Below are positions 1-8,637 of a stretch of DNA of 64,000 bases, piece by piece. The stretch is from contig CAVRLO010000017.1 in the NCBI GenBank assembly GCA_963721815.1, positions 1,438 through 65,437 on the forward strand, given 5' to 3'. The first letter of the stretch is position 1. Each line of letters begins with the position of its first letter. The notes under the pieces were generated by a model. The model saw nothing but the letters and a program-made list of their open reading frames with translations. It made no database searches and had not been told where the DNA came from. Origin of the DNA: an uncultured Candidatus Rokubacteria bacterium. GTDB lineage: Bacteria > Methylomirabilota > Methylomirabilia > Rokubacteriales > CSP1-6. The position numbers were made by a program, and so were the translations under genes.

Positions 1-321
1 GCCTGCTTGGCGGCAAGGGCGGCAGTGTCGCTCCAGCCGTCACGATGACGTGGCCTGGTGCGTGGCCAGTTCGGCCGCGAGAGCGGGGAGCCGCTCGGCC
101 TTCCCCTCGGCATCTCGGTACTCGATCGCGATGTCACGACCCTGTGCGTAGCCTAGGTCACGCCGTCCTCGACGGAAGGCCTCTGTCGTGCTGGAGGCAG
201 CCGCCAGGTCCTTCGCTCGATACCCTATGCGAACGACCTCCCAGTTGGCTGCGCCTCGGCGGCAAGTCGGCGCGAGACTGATGCTGACGGCGAGAACGAC
301 CGTGAGCTCGATCAGCCGCAT
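1..321 (-). pseudogene. ABC-transporter substrate-binding protein paralogue (ABC_sub_bind / COG2984-like), 5' part; runs off the left edge with frame changes
   Basis: ORF 40..438(-) contains the signal peptide MRLIELTVVLAVSISLAP, then RIGY...GYAQGRDIAIEYRDAEGKAERLPALAAELA, the N-terminal block of this SBP family. The expected continuation (VIVTAG, SDTAALAAKQA) appears in two other frames within 1-60. Confidence 0.7.
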
Positions 322-361
322 GGGCAGCTCGGTCAGGTGGCTGGCGGGAGTACAGCAGACG
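310..361 (-). repeat. SBP leader/start module, copy A
   Basis: GATCAGCCGCATGGGCAGCTCGGT..GGCTGGCGGGAGTACAGCAGACG aligns with the copies at 3888, 8104 and 9617. On the sense (minus) strand it ends in ATGCGGCTGATC (MRLI). Confidence 0.8.
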
Positions 362-1579
362 TGAACTATTCGCCGTGTGCGGGCGCGAGCGGCCTGCTCA
401 TAGTGTTCCGAAATGTTCCACGTCGGCATACTGTACAAAGGTGGCCTGTTGCTTCGCAGGTCCTCCGGGAAGTGTCGGTCATTCTTGAGTTGCTGAATGT
501 GGCGTGGACGAGGCAGGCAGAGGGTTTGACGTCGTAGTATCTTCCAAGGTGATGCCCGCCATCGGGGGTAGGTGAAGGCTCCCGACCCGCGTCAGTAGTT
601 CTAGCGAACCACGTAGCTTCCACGCCTCGGTTGGCGAGGGCTGGCGAACGAACACCGATTGGAGGGCGAGTGATGACTCAAGGTGACGTGCTACGGGTCC
701 CTCGAATTGTTAAGGCCGGTGCTGGCGGCGTCGGTGTTCGGCCTGGTCGCCTCGTTCGCTTAGCGGCGGCGCACCCGTCATCATCGACCGATCGGTCGAG
801 CCCCCAGTTGCGACAGGTTCGTTCAATTCCATTCTGGCTAATGAGCCGATCGGTCAGGAATTCACACCTACTCTGCCAACGCTTGACGTGGTCAAACTGT
901 CCTCGAAGGTTGCCAAGTGTCCCCGGAGCCAATGTCGTTATGCTTATTCGACAAGGCACAATTACGGGTCCCATCCTAGGAACGAGCGCCGTCGTCTCCC
1001 TGCCAGCCGTACCGCCGGGAAACGAAGGACTCAACGGGGTCTTCCACTTCGATTTCGCCAGTTCCGTAGCTCTCATCCCCGATGATCTATCGTGATCGAG
1101 CTCGACCATCTCTCCGGGAGGAAACTGGGCTATTATGTCTGGCGATAACCGGAATAGGCTATCCCGGAGGCAGGCTCATAGCCTTCGGACTCCTTACCCA
1201 AACGAGGATCTGTGGCTTCGGAAGGCCGGCGGCCGAAGTGCCCGAACCCTCCGCCATGTTCTTTGTCGCCGCCACACTGCTTCGATAGGTAGGCGTCAGC
1301 GTCCTTAGGACGATTCTCTGAACATGGTCGTGGCGATTAGCCCCATCCCGGATGGCTGCCGACCCGCGAGCGAGGAGAAGCAGCGAGCGCGGGCCCGTGA
1401 AGCCGAGCACCGTCGCGGGTTTCGAGTTGAAGACGAGTTCCATCGCCATCCGCCGCATGGGCACCCAGTCCCCCGAATCGGCGAGCAAGTTCCCCTGATC
1501 ACGTCACCGTTCCTCTGCGGAGTCAGGAAATGCCCCGGATCTACCCACCGGCTGTCTGCTGAAAAAGGAAGGGTTTGCG

Positions 1580-2311
1580 ATGAACACATGGCGCAGTGTG
1601 GCACTCCTGCTCGTACTGCTGATCGTCCCGCCCGCAGCGCAGGCCTTTACGCTGGAGGATTTGACTGTTCCCGGCGCCCAGTTCACCGCCGGCCCACTCG
1701 TCTTCAGTGATTTCACCATTTTTCTCCTCAGGAACCCCTCGGGTTTCGCTTTACCCACCTCTTTGACAGACATCTCCGTCGTGCCGCTTGACGTAGGCGG
1801 CTTCACGCTGGCGTCAACCTGGGAGGCGAGCGGAGAGTTCGCGTCCGCTCAATTGACTATGACATTCACGGCTGCGACCACTGTCTCTGCTCCGATTGGC
1901 GACTTGATTCTCAGCGTGGAACAGGTGGTCGTCGCCGGAAACATTGGGGCGTCGCTGGGCGCGTCGGCGGGCACGTCTGGGTTCAGGACCTCCTTCTTCG
2001 CCTCGGCGAACCCACCCCACCCGTTTGAGCCCTTCCCACCGGAGGTGATCGGATCGCTCTCGAGTCACGTCCGGATTAGCCCCACGGCCACGTCGAGGTT
2101 CGGGATGGAAGTCAGTACCTATGGAGGCGCCTGCTCTGGCTTCGCTCATCCGTGCGATGACGGGTTTGTAACGTTTACTGACCCAACGCTCAGGTTTGCG
2201 CTTGAGGCTCCCGAGCCATCCGCATTCTGGCTCTTGGGGCTGATTTCTTGCGCGTTGCCTTTGGTTCGGCGAAGGATCGCGGGCTCGATCGCGTTCGCGC
2301 TGACGAGGTAG
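1580..2311 (+). CDS. PEP-CTERM sorting-domain secreted protein
   Basis: AAGGAAGG Shine-Dalgarno before the ATG. N-terminal signal peptide ...LLVLLIVPPAAQA. C-terminus APEPSAFWLLGLISCALPLVRRR matches the PEP motif + TM helix + Arg cluster. Confidence 0.8.
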   Translation: MNTWRSVALLLVLLIVPPAAQAFTLEDLTVPGAQFTAGPLVFSDFTIFLLRNPSGFALPTSLTDISVVPLDVGGFTLASTWEASGEFASAQLTMTFTAATTVSAPIGDLILSVEQVVVAGNIGASLGASAGTSGFRTSFFASANPPHPFEPFPPEVIGSLSSHVRISPTATSRFGMEVSTYGGACSGFAHPCDDGFVTFTDPTLRFALEAPEPSAFWLLGLISCALPLVRRRIAGSIAFALTR

Positions 2312-2720
2312 CCGCGACCATGAAGTCCCACGTCTCCAGCGGCGTGTCGCGCATCCGAGCGGCGTGCGCCGCTTCGCGCTCGATGCGACGCTGTTTCCGA
2401 TCCGCGTCCTGCAGTGCCCGGCGTCTGCCTCGGACGTCCTCTCGAACGTCCAGGGGTAATGCTGCCTCGATCGCCGCGTACAGCTCGTCGCGCTCTTCAT
2501 CGGCGACCGTTCCGTCGCTCAGGATCTTCGTCACCGTCAGCGCAAGGAAGTCCTTCGCGGGAAGATCGACGTGCTTGTTGTCGGTGAGCCACTGCTTGAA
2601 GGCGGCGATCTCGTCGTCCGCAAGCCGGCCGTCTGCCGTGATTGTCTGGCAGAGCGCGATCAACTCGACAGCTGCGGCGGTACGCCGCTGGAGCTTCGTG
2701 ATCGAGACCCGGCGCGCCAT
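2190..2720 (-). CDS. hypothetical protein with TerB-like N-terminal region, probably 3'-degraded
   Basis: 176-aa ORF. ...CQTITADGRLADDEIAAFKQWL...DGTVADEERDELYAAIE resembles TerB/DjlA-N type helical repeats. The tail is low-complexity and overlaps the convergent PEP-CTERM gene by about 120 nt. Confidence 0.45.
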   Translation of the reverse strand: MARRVSITKLQRRTAAAVELIALCQTITADGRLADDEIAAFKQWLTDNKHVDLPAKDFLALTVTKILSDGTVADEERDELYAAIEAALPLDVREDVRGRRRALQDADRKQRRIEREAAHAARMRDTPLETWDFMVAATSSARTRSSPRSFAEPKATRKKSAPRARMRMAREPQAQT

Positions 2721-2747
2721 GCGCAGCGAGTGTAGCAGGAACAGCGC

Positions 2748-2843
2748 CTACTTCGTGATCGCCTCCCACGCCGCCCGCTGCGTCGCGTGCCAGGGCGTGC
2801 GCTCCCACGCGCTACACGTCGCGCCTATCGCTGAACGCTCCAT
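2748..2843 (-). CDS. candidate 31-codon Trp-rich mini-ORF (MERSAIGATCSAWERTPWHATQRAAWEAITK), containing repeat copy W1 (2761-2812)
   Basis: GGAG lies 5 nt before the ATG. The 51-nt core is repeated at 4931-4981, where it also reads ..SAWERTRWHATQRAAW.. and stops soon after. It lies about 95 nt downstream of the LLM gene stop. Confidence 0.3.
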   Translation of the reverse strand: MERSAIGATCSAWERTPWHATQRAAWEAITK

Positions 2844-2937
2844 GCTGCTCCGGATAATTCGGGTCGGTGCCGTCGCCGTGGGCCCGATCAATCCCATGAC
2901 TGACTCGGACGGCGAGACTCCAGTGCGCGCCATTGTG

Positions 2938-3864
2938 CTAGCGGCGGAACGCCTTGATCACGGCGCGGGCGCTGTCGACGCCGATCGGGGCGACGAGAAT
3001 TGGGAGGTCGACACCGGCGCTGCGGAACGCCGCGAGCTGCTCTCGGCAGCGTGTCAGATGCCCGGTCAGACACACGGCATCAAGAATCCGGTCGCTGAGC
3101 GATGGCCCGCCCACGCCCTTCTCCATCTGATCGGCCTCGGGGCCGAACCCGCTCGCGCGGAATAGCCGCTGGAAGAACGGGAAGGTCGTATACAGGCCAA
3201 GATTCGCGCGCGCGGCTTCGCGCATCGCCTTCACGTCGTCACCCACGAACGTCGGAAGTCCTAGCGTGACATCGACCTTGCCGAGGCCCGATGCCCTCGC
3301 CCGACCGCGGTCGATCCACTCCTTGCTCTTCTTGATCCGGTCGGCCGACCAAAGAAATGGCATGATGCCATCCGCGAGCTCGCTCGCGAGCTCGACGGTG
3401 CGTGACGTCACCGCCGCGACGTAGAGTGGAACAGGCCGCACAGTGGCTTTTTGAGGGAGATGGGTCGCCGGGCCTTCGCCCTTGAGCCAGCTCCGCACCG
3501 CCGTGACGTAACGGCGCAACGCGCTCGGCGCGTCGCCCATGTCGATGCCGAGTGCCTTGTTGACCGGCGGATGGCTGACGCCGAGTCCGAGGACGAAACG
3601 CCCGTCCGTCGCGTCTGCGATGAGCGCAGCGCCCTGCGCGCAGGCGTAGGAATGGCGTACGTAGATGTTGGCGATCCAGGTACCGACCTGGATGCGCCGG
3701 GTTGCCGCGCCCATGAGCTGCGCCGTCGCCATGACGTCGTTGTTGACCTCTGCCGCGAAGATCGCATCGAAACCTGCGTCCTCGGCTTCGCGGGCGATCG
3801 CCTGAATTTCGCTAGCGCGCCATCCGATACCGGGAATGACGGCGAGTCCAAGTCGTTCGGCCAT
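2938..3864 (-). CDS. LLM-class (luciferase-like) F420/flavin-dependent oxidoreductase
   Basis: Start MAERLGLAVIPG at 3864 with an AGGAGA Shine-Dalgarno. Luciferase-like TIM-barrel sequence throughout (..FDAIFAAEVNND..GLGVSHPPV..). The 448-aa track ORF is an upstream read-through. Confidence 0.85.
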   Translation of the reverse strand: MAERLGLAVIPGIGWRASEIQAIAREAEDAGFDAIFAAEVNNDVMATAQLMGAATRRIQVGTWIANIYVRHSYACAQGAALIADATDGRFVLGLGVSHPPVNKALGIDMGDAPSALRRYVTAVRSWLKGEGPATHLPQKATVRPVPLYVAAVTSRTVELASELADGIMPFLWSADRIKKSKEWIDRGRARASGLGKVDVTLGLPTFVGDDVKAMREAARANLGLYTTFPFFQRLFRASGFGPEADQMEKGVGGPSLSDRILDAVCLTGHLTRCREQLAAFRSAGVDLPILVAPIGVDSARAVIKAFRR

Positions 3865-3887
3865 TGGGGTCTCCTTTCCGCAAGCCC

Positions 3888-3963
3888 GATCAGCCGCATG
3901 GGCAGCTCGGTGGAGGATGTCTGGCGGGGAGTCTAGCTGAACGGCGCGACGCGCACCAGCACG
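3888..3963 (-). repeat. SBP leader/start module, copy B (orphan: only codons MRLI remain, then the LLM gene RBS)
   Basis: About 75 nt nearly identical to copy D (9617-9695). The sense strand reads ..GTGCTGGTGCGCGTCGCGCCGTTCAGCTAGACTCCCCGCCAGACATCCTCCACCGAGCTGCCCATGCGGCTGATC. The GGAGA/ATG of the LLM gene follows 13 nt later. Confidence 0.85.
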
Positions 3964-4060
3964 ACGAGACGCGTCGCCGACGACTACTGGCGCTGCCCCT
4001 ACATCCACCGCCACGACGTACAGCGCACCACGCGCGACGAGAGCGACACGATCGTACATT

Positions 4061-4500
4061 TCACGACGAACCGCGCATGGATGCCGGGCGGGGTTGACCA
4101 ATCTCTCGTCGCTTCGGTGAAGGATTGTTTCCGGAAAGGCGTGCGTACTGCGCAAGCTTTTCGTGTCTTGACCGACGCCCCGATGCCCCGCCGTGGAGTT
4201 CGATGAACTTCCGGCACAAGGTGAGACTCTTGGACAGATCGAGAATGTCGTTGATGAGGGATAGCAGATGCGTGCCCGACGCATAGATGTCCTTGAGGTA
4301 CTCTTCCTGCTTGTTCAACTCTCCAAACATCCGCTCCGTCAGCACCTCGGAGAACCCGATGATCGCGTTCAGCGGGGTCCGCAGCTCGTGGGACATGTTG
4401 GCGAGGAACTCTGACTTGTGCTGGCTGGCGACCTCAAGCTGGCGGCTCTTGTCGTCGATCTCCAGGAACAGGCGAGCGTTCTGGATTGCGAGGGTGGATT
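4061..4500 (-). pseudogene. sensor histidine kinase remnant (GAF end + HisKA, internal deletion, shifted HATPase tail)
   Basis: ..[60 protein letters not shown] joins directly to [10 protein letters not shown], which is the end of HATPase_c. No sensor domain, no N/G1/G2 boxes, no credible start. Confidence 0.65.
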
Positions 4501-4924
4501 GGATAGCGAAAGTTCGCCTACGGTCGGTGTGACGCGATTGAGCACTGCGCCGACATCAAGCCGAAAATAGTATCGTTGCTGGGCGACAACTGTCACAGCC
4601 GTCGTATTCTCATCGGTAACGAACCAGGGCCAATGCTTGACGCCGACTATGCGTTCGTCGGGCGCCACAACGAGGATGACGTGTTCCCCACACGCGACAC
4701 CGTATGCGTCTTGTCTTGTCCATCAAGGGTGACCGGAAGGCTCGTCGGGCAGCCTACGAAACCCGTCGGCCGGATTATTACAATCTAAGCGGCCTGAGCC
4801 GGATCGACGGCCGGGATAGGGCCAAGAACGCCATGCGCGCAGCCCGTCAGTAGTACGGAGAGTACAAGCGCAATAGAGGCTCTCTGCCCGACGCGCAATT
4901 ATTGGTCGTCCTTGTCCAAGTTCC

Positions 4925-5005
4925 TCAACGCCTCCACGCCGCGCGCTGCGTCGCGTGCCAGCGCGTGCGCTCCCACGCGCTGCCGCCTACGATCGAGTGC
5001 GCCAT
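4925..5005 (-). CDS. candidate 26-codon Trp-rich mini-ORF (MAHSIVGGSAWERTRWHATQRAAWRR), containing repeat copy W2 (4931-4981)
   Basis: Second copy of the 51-nt element, about 45 nt downstream of the ACAD-fold gene stop. Same reading frame as copy W1. No clear Shine-Dalgarno. Confidence 0.25.
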   Translation of the reverse strand: MAHSIVGGSAWERTRWHATQRAAWRR

Positions 5006-5049
5006 CCCGGTCACGTAGAATGCCGCGCGCCAGTGGCCGTCGCCATATG

Positions 5050-6219
5050 TCACAGCATGTGTATCGGTACGTCGGGCTCCAATCCGAAGAGCACGCGGCC
5101 GGTAGTCTCCAGGATGCGGGGTTGAACCCCGATATGCTGCGTGATGGCATGCACATCCCGAAAGGCGCGCTCGATCGAGCAGGTCGCGTAGAGCGAGGTC
5201 GCCCCACCGGTGAGATATACGAGATCCACGGCCTGGCACGCACTCGTGACGGCATGCCAACTCGCCAACCGACCTTGCGCCCGGGCCTCAACAGTGGCCT
5301 CACGCCCGGCGAGCACGTCATGCCACACCCTCTCAACTGTGTCGAACAGGAAAAGTCGCGCCGAGCACACGAGCGCCTCCGCCTGCGACAACCGGGTTTG
5401 CGCACCCCGATCTTCGGTCACCGGCTGGCTCGTTCTCTCCTGCCGCTTCCCGCCAGCGAGCTCGATCAGCGCCTCAATCGCGCTCCGCGCAATGCCTAGG
5501 GCCATCGCGCCAAGACCAGGACTGATACGTGACGAATGAGGGAGCTTGTACCGCGGATCGGTCAACACGAGGGGGTCGGTGTGGAACGACGCATAGGGAG
5601 CGGGTACGAACCGATCGTGCACCACGACGTCGTGGCTCCCGGTGCCGCGCAATCCTGCAACGGTCCAGGTATCCACGATGTTGCAGTCAGCGGCGGGGCA
5701 AAGCATGAACCGGAATTCTGGCCCACCTGTCGGCAGGAGTCGCGGCTTACCGTCCTCATGAACGATGCACATGAGGATGAACCAGGCGCTGAACTGACAA
5801 CCGCTCACCAGCGACCAGCGCCCGCTCACCCGGTAACCATCCTCGACGACCTCCGCCCGTCCACTGGGGCGGGTACTGTTCGCGAGAATCGTATCCGAAT
5901 CAGCAAAGATTGCTTGGGCAACCTCCTTTGGCCACCGAGCCGTCGTCCAATAGGTGTTCCCGTTCCACACGCACCACGCGACCGAGGCGTCCGCACGCGC
6001 GAGTTCTTCGAACACTTCCGTCGCCGCCATTGGGGTGAGGTCGAGGCCGCCGTATGCCGCGGGTAGATAGATGCGAAAGAAGCCTTCGCGCGCGAGTTCC
6101 TGTGTGAGATCCTCGGGCAGCCGGCGGGCGGCCTCGATACGTTCGCGCTCGGCCAAGATCCGCGGCCGCAACGCCCTGGCGGCTTCCATGAGCTTGGTCG
6201 GTTCTCCGCTGTTTACCAT
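5050..6219 (-). CDS. acyl-CoA dehydrogenase-fold flavoprotein (group D monooxygenase / ACAD type 2-like)
   Basis: Start MVNSGEP at 6219 with an AGGAGG Shine-Dalgarno. ACAD N/M/C architecture. ..IVDTWTVAGLRGTGSHDVVVHDRFVP.. is typical of the HpaB-C2/DszC/HsaA-like branch. Confidence 0.85.
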   Translation of the reverse strand: MVNSGEPTKLMEAARALRPRILAERERIEAARRLPEDLTQELAREGFFRIYLPAAYGGLDLTPMAATEVFEELARADASVAWCVWNGNTYWTTARWPKEVAQAIFADSDTILANSTRPSGRAEVVEDGYRVSGRWSLVSGCQFSAWFILMCIVHEDGKPRLLPTGGPEFRFMLCPAADCNIVDTWTVAGLRGTGSHDVVVHDRFVPAPYASFHTDPLVLTDPRYKLPHSSRISPGLGAMALGIARSAIEALIELAGGKRQERTSQPVTEDRGAQTRLSQAEALVCSARLFLFDTVERVWHDVLAGREATVEARAQGRLASWHAVTSACQAVDLVYLTGGATSLYATCSIERAFRDVHAITQHIGVQPRILETTGRVLFGLEPDVPIHML

Positions 6220-6870
6220 TTCCCCCCTCCTGACAGGCCGCCCGGGTACTCCGTCACTGTCGCGTCGCGATCCAACGCGCGCACAAGTCGCGCGGCCACC
6301 TTTGGGTCCTTGACTGGGGCGCTCGCCGGCGAGATCCGCAGGAAGCGGCGGCGGTCCATGCCGGGACGGTAGGGTAGATACCATGAGGAGTCAACGTCCG
6401 AAGGTCCGCCTGGGCCGTTGCAGCGGAGGTGAGCAGGGAGAAGCGAGGAGCAGGACAGCGTGTCGTGCGAGTAATGTCACGGCTTGGCTCCTTCCACCTA
6501 CTCTATCTTCCTCTTCAGCGTGAACTCGCCCCGAAGGTATTGATAGACGCCAGCAGCAGCATCTCGGCGCACGTGTCCGACCCGCGTTCCCGACCTCAGG
6601 ACCTGCAGGTGGAAAGGATTTACGGATATGGTGCTCGATGGTCATGCCGAACCTCTTGGATTCCGGAACGAAGGATGTCGCGCGATTACGAGCGTGGGCC
6701 GCTTGGCCTAGTTGACCCGCTGGTTGGGCACCCTGTCTCCTCGGGCGAGCGATGCCGATATAACCGGCTGATTCTTCTGCCCACTCACTGACGGCATCCG
6801 GATTGAAGGTTCGGTCTCTTCGGCGTCGCCGCTCCCGACATTCTCCAACGCTTTCACAGGAGGAACCATC

Positions 6871-7251
6871 GTGCCGGTAAGTCTGAGTTTCCTCAATCGG
6901 GGAACGATCAACAAACAGGTCTGCCGAGTCTGCCACGGGTTTGCCGAGCTGAAGTCAGAACGACTGTGCGGTGATTGCACTCGAATCAAGGCGCAGATCC
7001 GTTTGCGCTTCTCCGAAGGAGTCCGCGGGACGATGGCGATTCCAGGAGAGCAGCAATGTAAACGTTCTAGCTGTTCGTGCGCCGCGTGCGACGGGAGAGT
7101 TCTTGATCTTCACCCGCTCTACCTATTCGATCTTGGACGAGCAGACCGACGGGAGATCCACTTCCATCCTCGATGTCATGAGTTGTGGTTAGAGGCCGTG
7201 AAGGGACTGAACAGCGGGCCGGAACACGCCATTGACATGGGTCAGGGGTGA
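6871..7251 (+). CDS. hypothetical Cys-rich (zinc-finger-like) protein
   Basis: GTG start preceded by AGGAGG. CxxC/CxxC/CxCxxC/HxxCH spacing. Lies in a lower-GC islet. Confidence 0.5.
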   Translation: MPVSLSFLNRGTINKQVCRVCHGFAELKSERLCGDCTRIKAQIRLRFSEGVRGTMAIPGEQQCKRSSCSCAACDGRVLDLHPLYLFDLGRADRREIHFHPRCHELWLEAVKGLNSGPEHAIDMGQG

Positions 7252-7378
7252 CACGGCCGCACAGCCACTCGACCCTGACCTGAGACCCACGCCTCCGCGC
7301 TCCAGTGCGTGTGCAGCATCACGCGCAGGACGCGGTTGATGCGGAGCCAGGGATGCCAGAGGCGGGCGTCGGGGTGGC

Positions 7379-7669
7379 TCACTTCGCCTTCGGTACGCGC
7401 GGGTCCACGGTGTCGGGGAGGCAGAGGAGGACTGGCTCGGGAGCACCAACTTTTCGTTCCGCGTCGCGCGCCACTCGCTGCGCCTGCAGTTTCGCTTGGT
7501 CACATACCGTCTTGCTTGGATGTGCGTCCAGCGGAGTCAGTTGATCTGGCCCCCCAGTGCTGAGAGCTACCTGCATCCAAAGCACCCACGCACACTCAGC
7601 GCCCGCCGTCGTAGCCGAGGTGAGCAATGAGAACGCGACGAGCAGTGTGGCCCTTCGCAGTGGCATCAT
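7379..7669 (-). CDS. small secreted hypothetical protein (96 aa)
   Basis: MMPLRRATLLVAFSLLTSATTAGA signal peptide. GGAGGA Shine-Dalgarno directly upstream of the start at 7669. Confidence 0.55.
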   Translation of the reverse strand: MMPLRRATLLVAFSLLTSATTAGAECAWVLWMQVALSTGGPDQLTPLDAHPSKTVCDQAKLQAQRVARDAERKVGAPEPVLLCLPDTVDPRVPKAK

Positions 7670-7699
7670 CGGTCGTCCTCCTCGTTCTTCTTCACCGCC

Positions 7700-8121
7700 T
7701 TCTACGCCGCCTCCTGGGCGGGCAAGGCTCGCCACGACGCCTGCCTCGACGGGATCACCGATGGCGGCCATGACGATTGGAATCGTCGGCGTCGCCTGTC
7801 TGAGGCAAGCGTGCCGGGTCTGCCGTGGGTGATGATGACGTCGAGCTTGAGCTGGACGAGTTCCGCTGCCAGCGCGGGCAGGCGATCGTATCGGCCCTCC
7901 GCCCACCGAAACTCCATTGTGATGTTCCTGCCCTCGACGTAGCCGTGTTCTCGGAGTCCGAGCCGCATGGCCTCGATGTTCCGCTGGAAGGACATAGTGG
8001 TCCCGACACCCAAGAACCCAATCCGCCACACCTTCCCCGCTTGCTGCGCCTCAGCGACGAGTGGCGCAAGCGTGACGCTGAGAGCGAGAAGGACCGCGAG
8101 CCTGATCAGCCGCATAGGCAC
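7700..8121 (-). pseudogene. ABC-transporter substrate-binding protein paralogue, frameshifted and 3'-truncated
   Basis: MRLIRLAVLLALSVTLAPLVAEAQQAGKVWRIGFLGVG...WAEGRYDRLPALAAELVQLKLDVIITHG lies in one frame. The next conserved block, TPTIPIVMAAIGDPVEAGVVASLARPGG, lies in another. Nothing follows after about 7700. Confidence 0.8.
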
Positions 8122-8155
8122 CTAGGTAAGGATGGCTGGCGGGAGTCTAGCAGAC
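8104..8155 (-). repeat. SBP leader/start module, copy C
   Basis: GATCAGCCGCATAGGCACCTAGGTAAGGATGGCTGGCGGGAGTCTAGCAGACG aligns with copies A, B and D. Confidence 0.8.
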
Positions 8156-8196
8156 GACTACTGCCCGAAGGAGTTGGCCGCGGTGGTCGAGCACGG

Positions 8197-8367
8197 TTAC
8201 TGATCACCTGGTCCGCCCGCAGCAGGAGCGTCTGGGATTGTGAGTCCGAGCGCTCTCGCGGTCTTCAAGTTGATCACCAATTCGAACTTGGTGGGCTGCT
8301 CGATCGGCAGCGTCGCCGGATTGGCGGCCTTCAGGATCTTGTCAACAAGGCCGCCGACTTGGTTCGA
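8197..8367 (-). pseudogene. C-terminal fragment of an SBP paralogue
   Basis: ..[41 protein letters not shown] is the family C-terminus. The last residues ([11 protein letters not shown]) are readable only after a -1 shift, and the frame is restored just before the stop. Confidence 0.75.
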
Positions 8368-8637
8368 TGAACTCGATTGTTTCAATCCACAGCACCCACT
8401 CGCCCGAAGCCGGTCCGGTCCACGGCGCCCACTGCTCGCCTCTGTGGCACCCATCACTTTAGCCTGATGCCCACCATATTAGGCTCAGGCAACTTTGGAT
8501 GTACGACCGAGACGCGGCCCGTGCACTAGCAATGAAGCTCCGAGTCCTGGAGGTTCGTGATCCCAGAGATCGAGAAGGCGTTCGCAACGATGGGTAGTGA
8601 GCGCGTCGGCCTCGCGAAGGACGGGTGGCGGCTCGGA

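Noticed and set aside
800-850. GGTTCGTTCAATTCC, a T-loop-like string suggesting a tRNA.
   Set aside because: No flanking stems pair and no acceptor or anticodon arms can be drawn.
440-1579. Several 60-150-codon ORFs on both strands (631..1095, 678..1109, 1159..1488, 1324..1710).
   Set aside because: They overlap each other and have no Shine-Dalgarno, no motifs and shadow-like composition. The region is left unannotated rather than guessed.
3905-3935. Plus-strand reading of the SBP leader: perfect GGAGG followed by ATG and a 7-codon ORF (MSGGESS / MASGESS) in copies B and D.
   Set aside because: Copies A and C lose the frame or stop through 1-nt differences and use GTG or weaker context. The mini-ORF is not conserved across the family, so the GGAGG is more likely just the complement of the sense-strand CCUCC.
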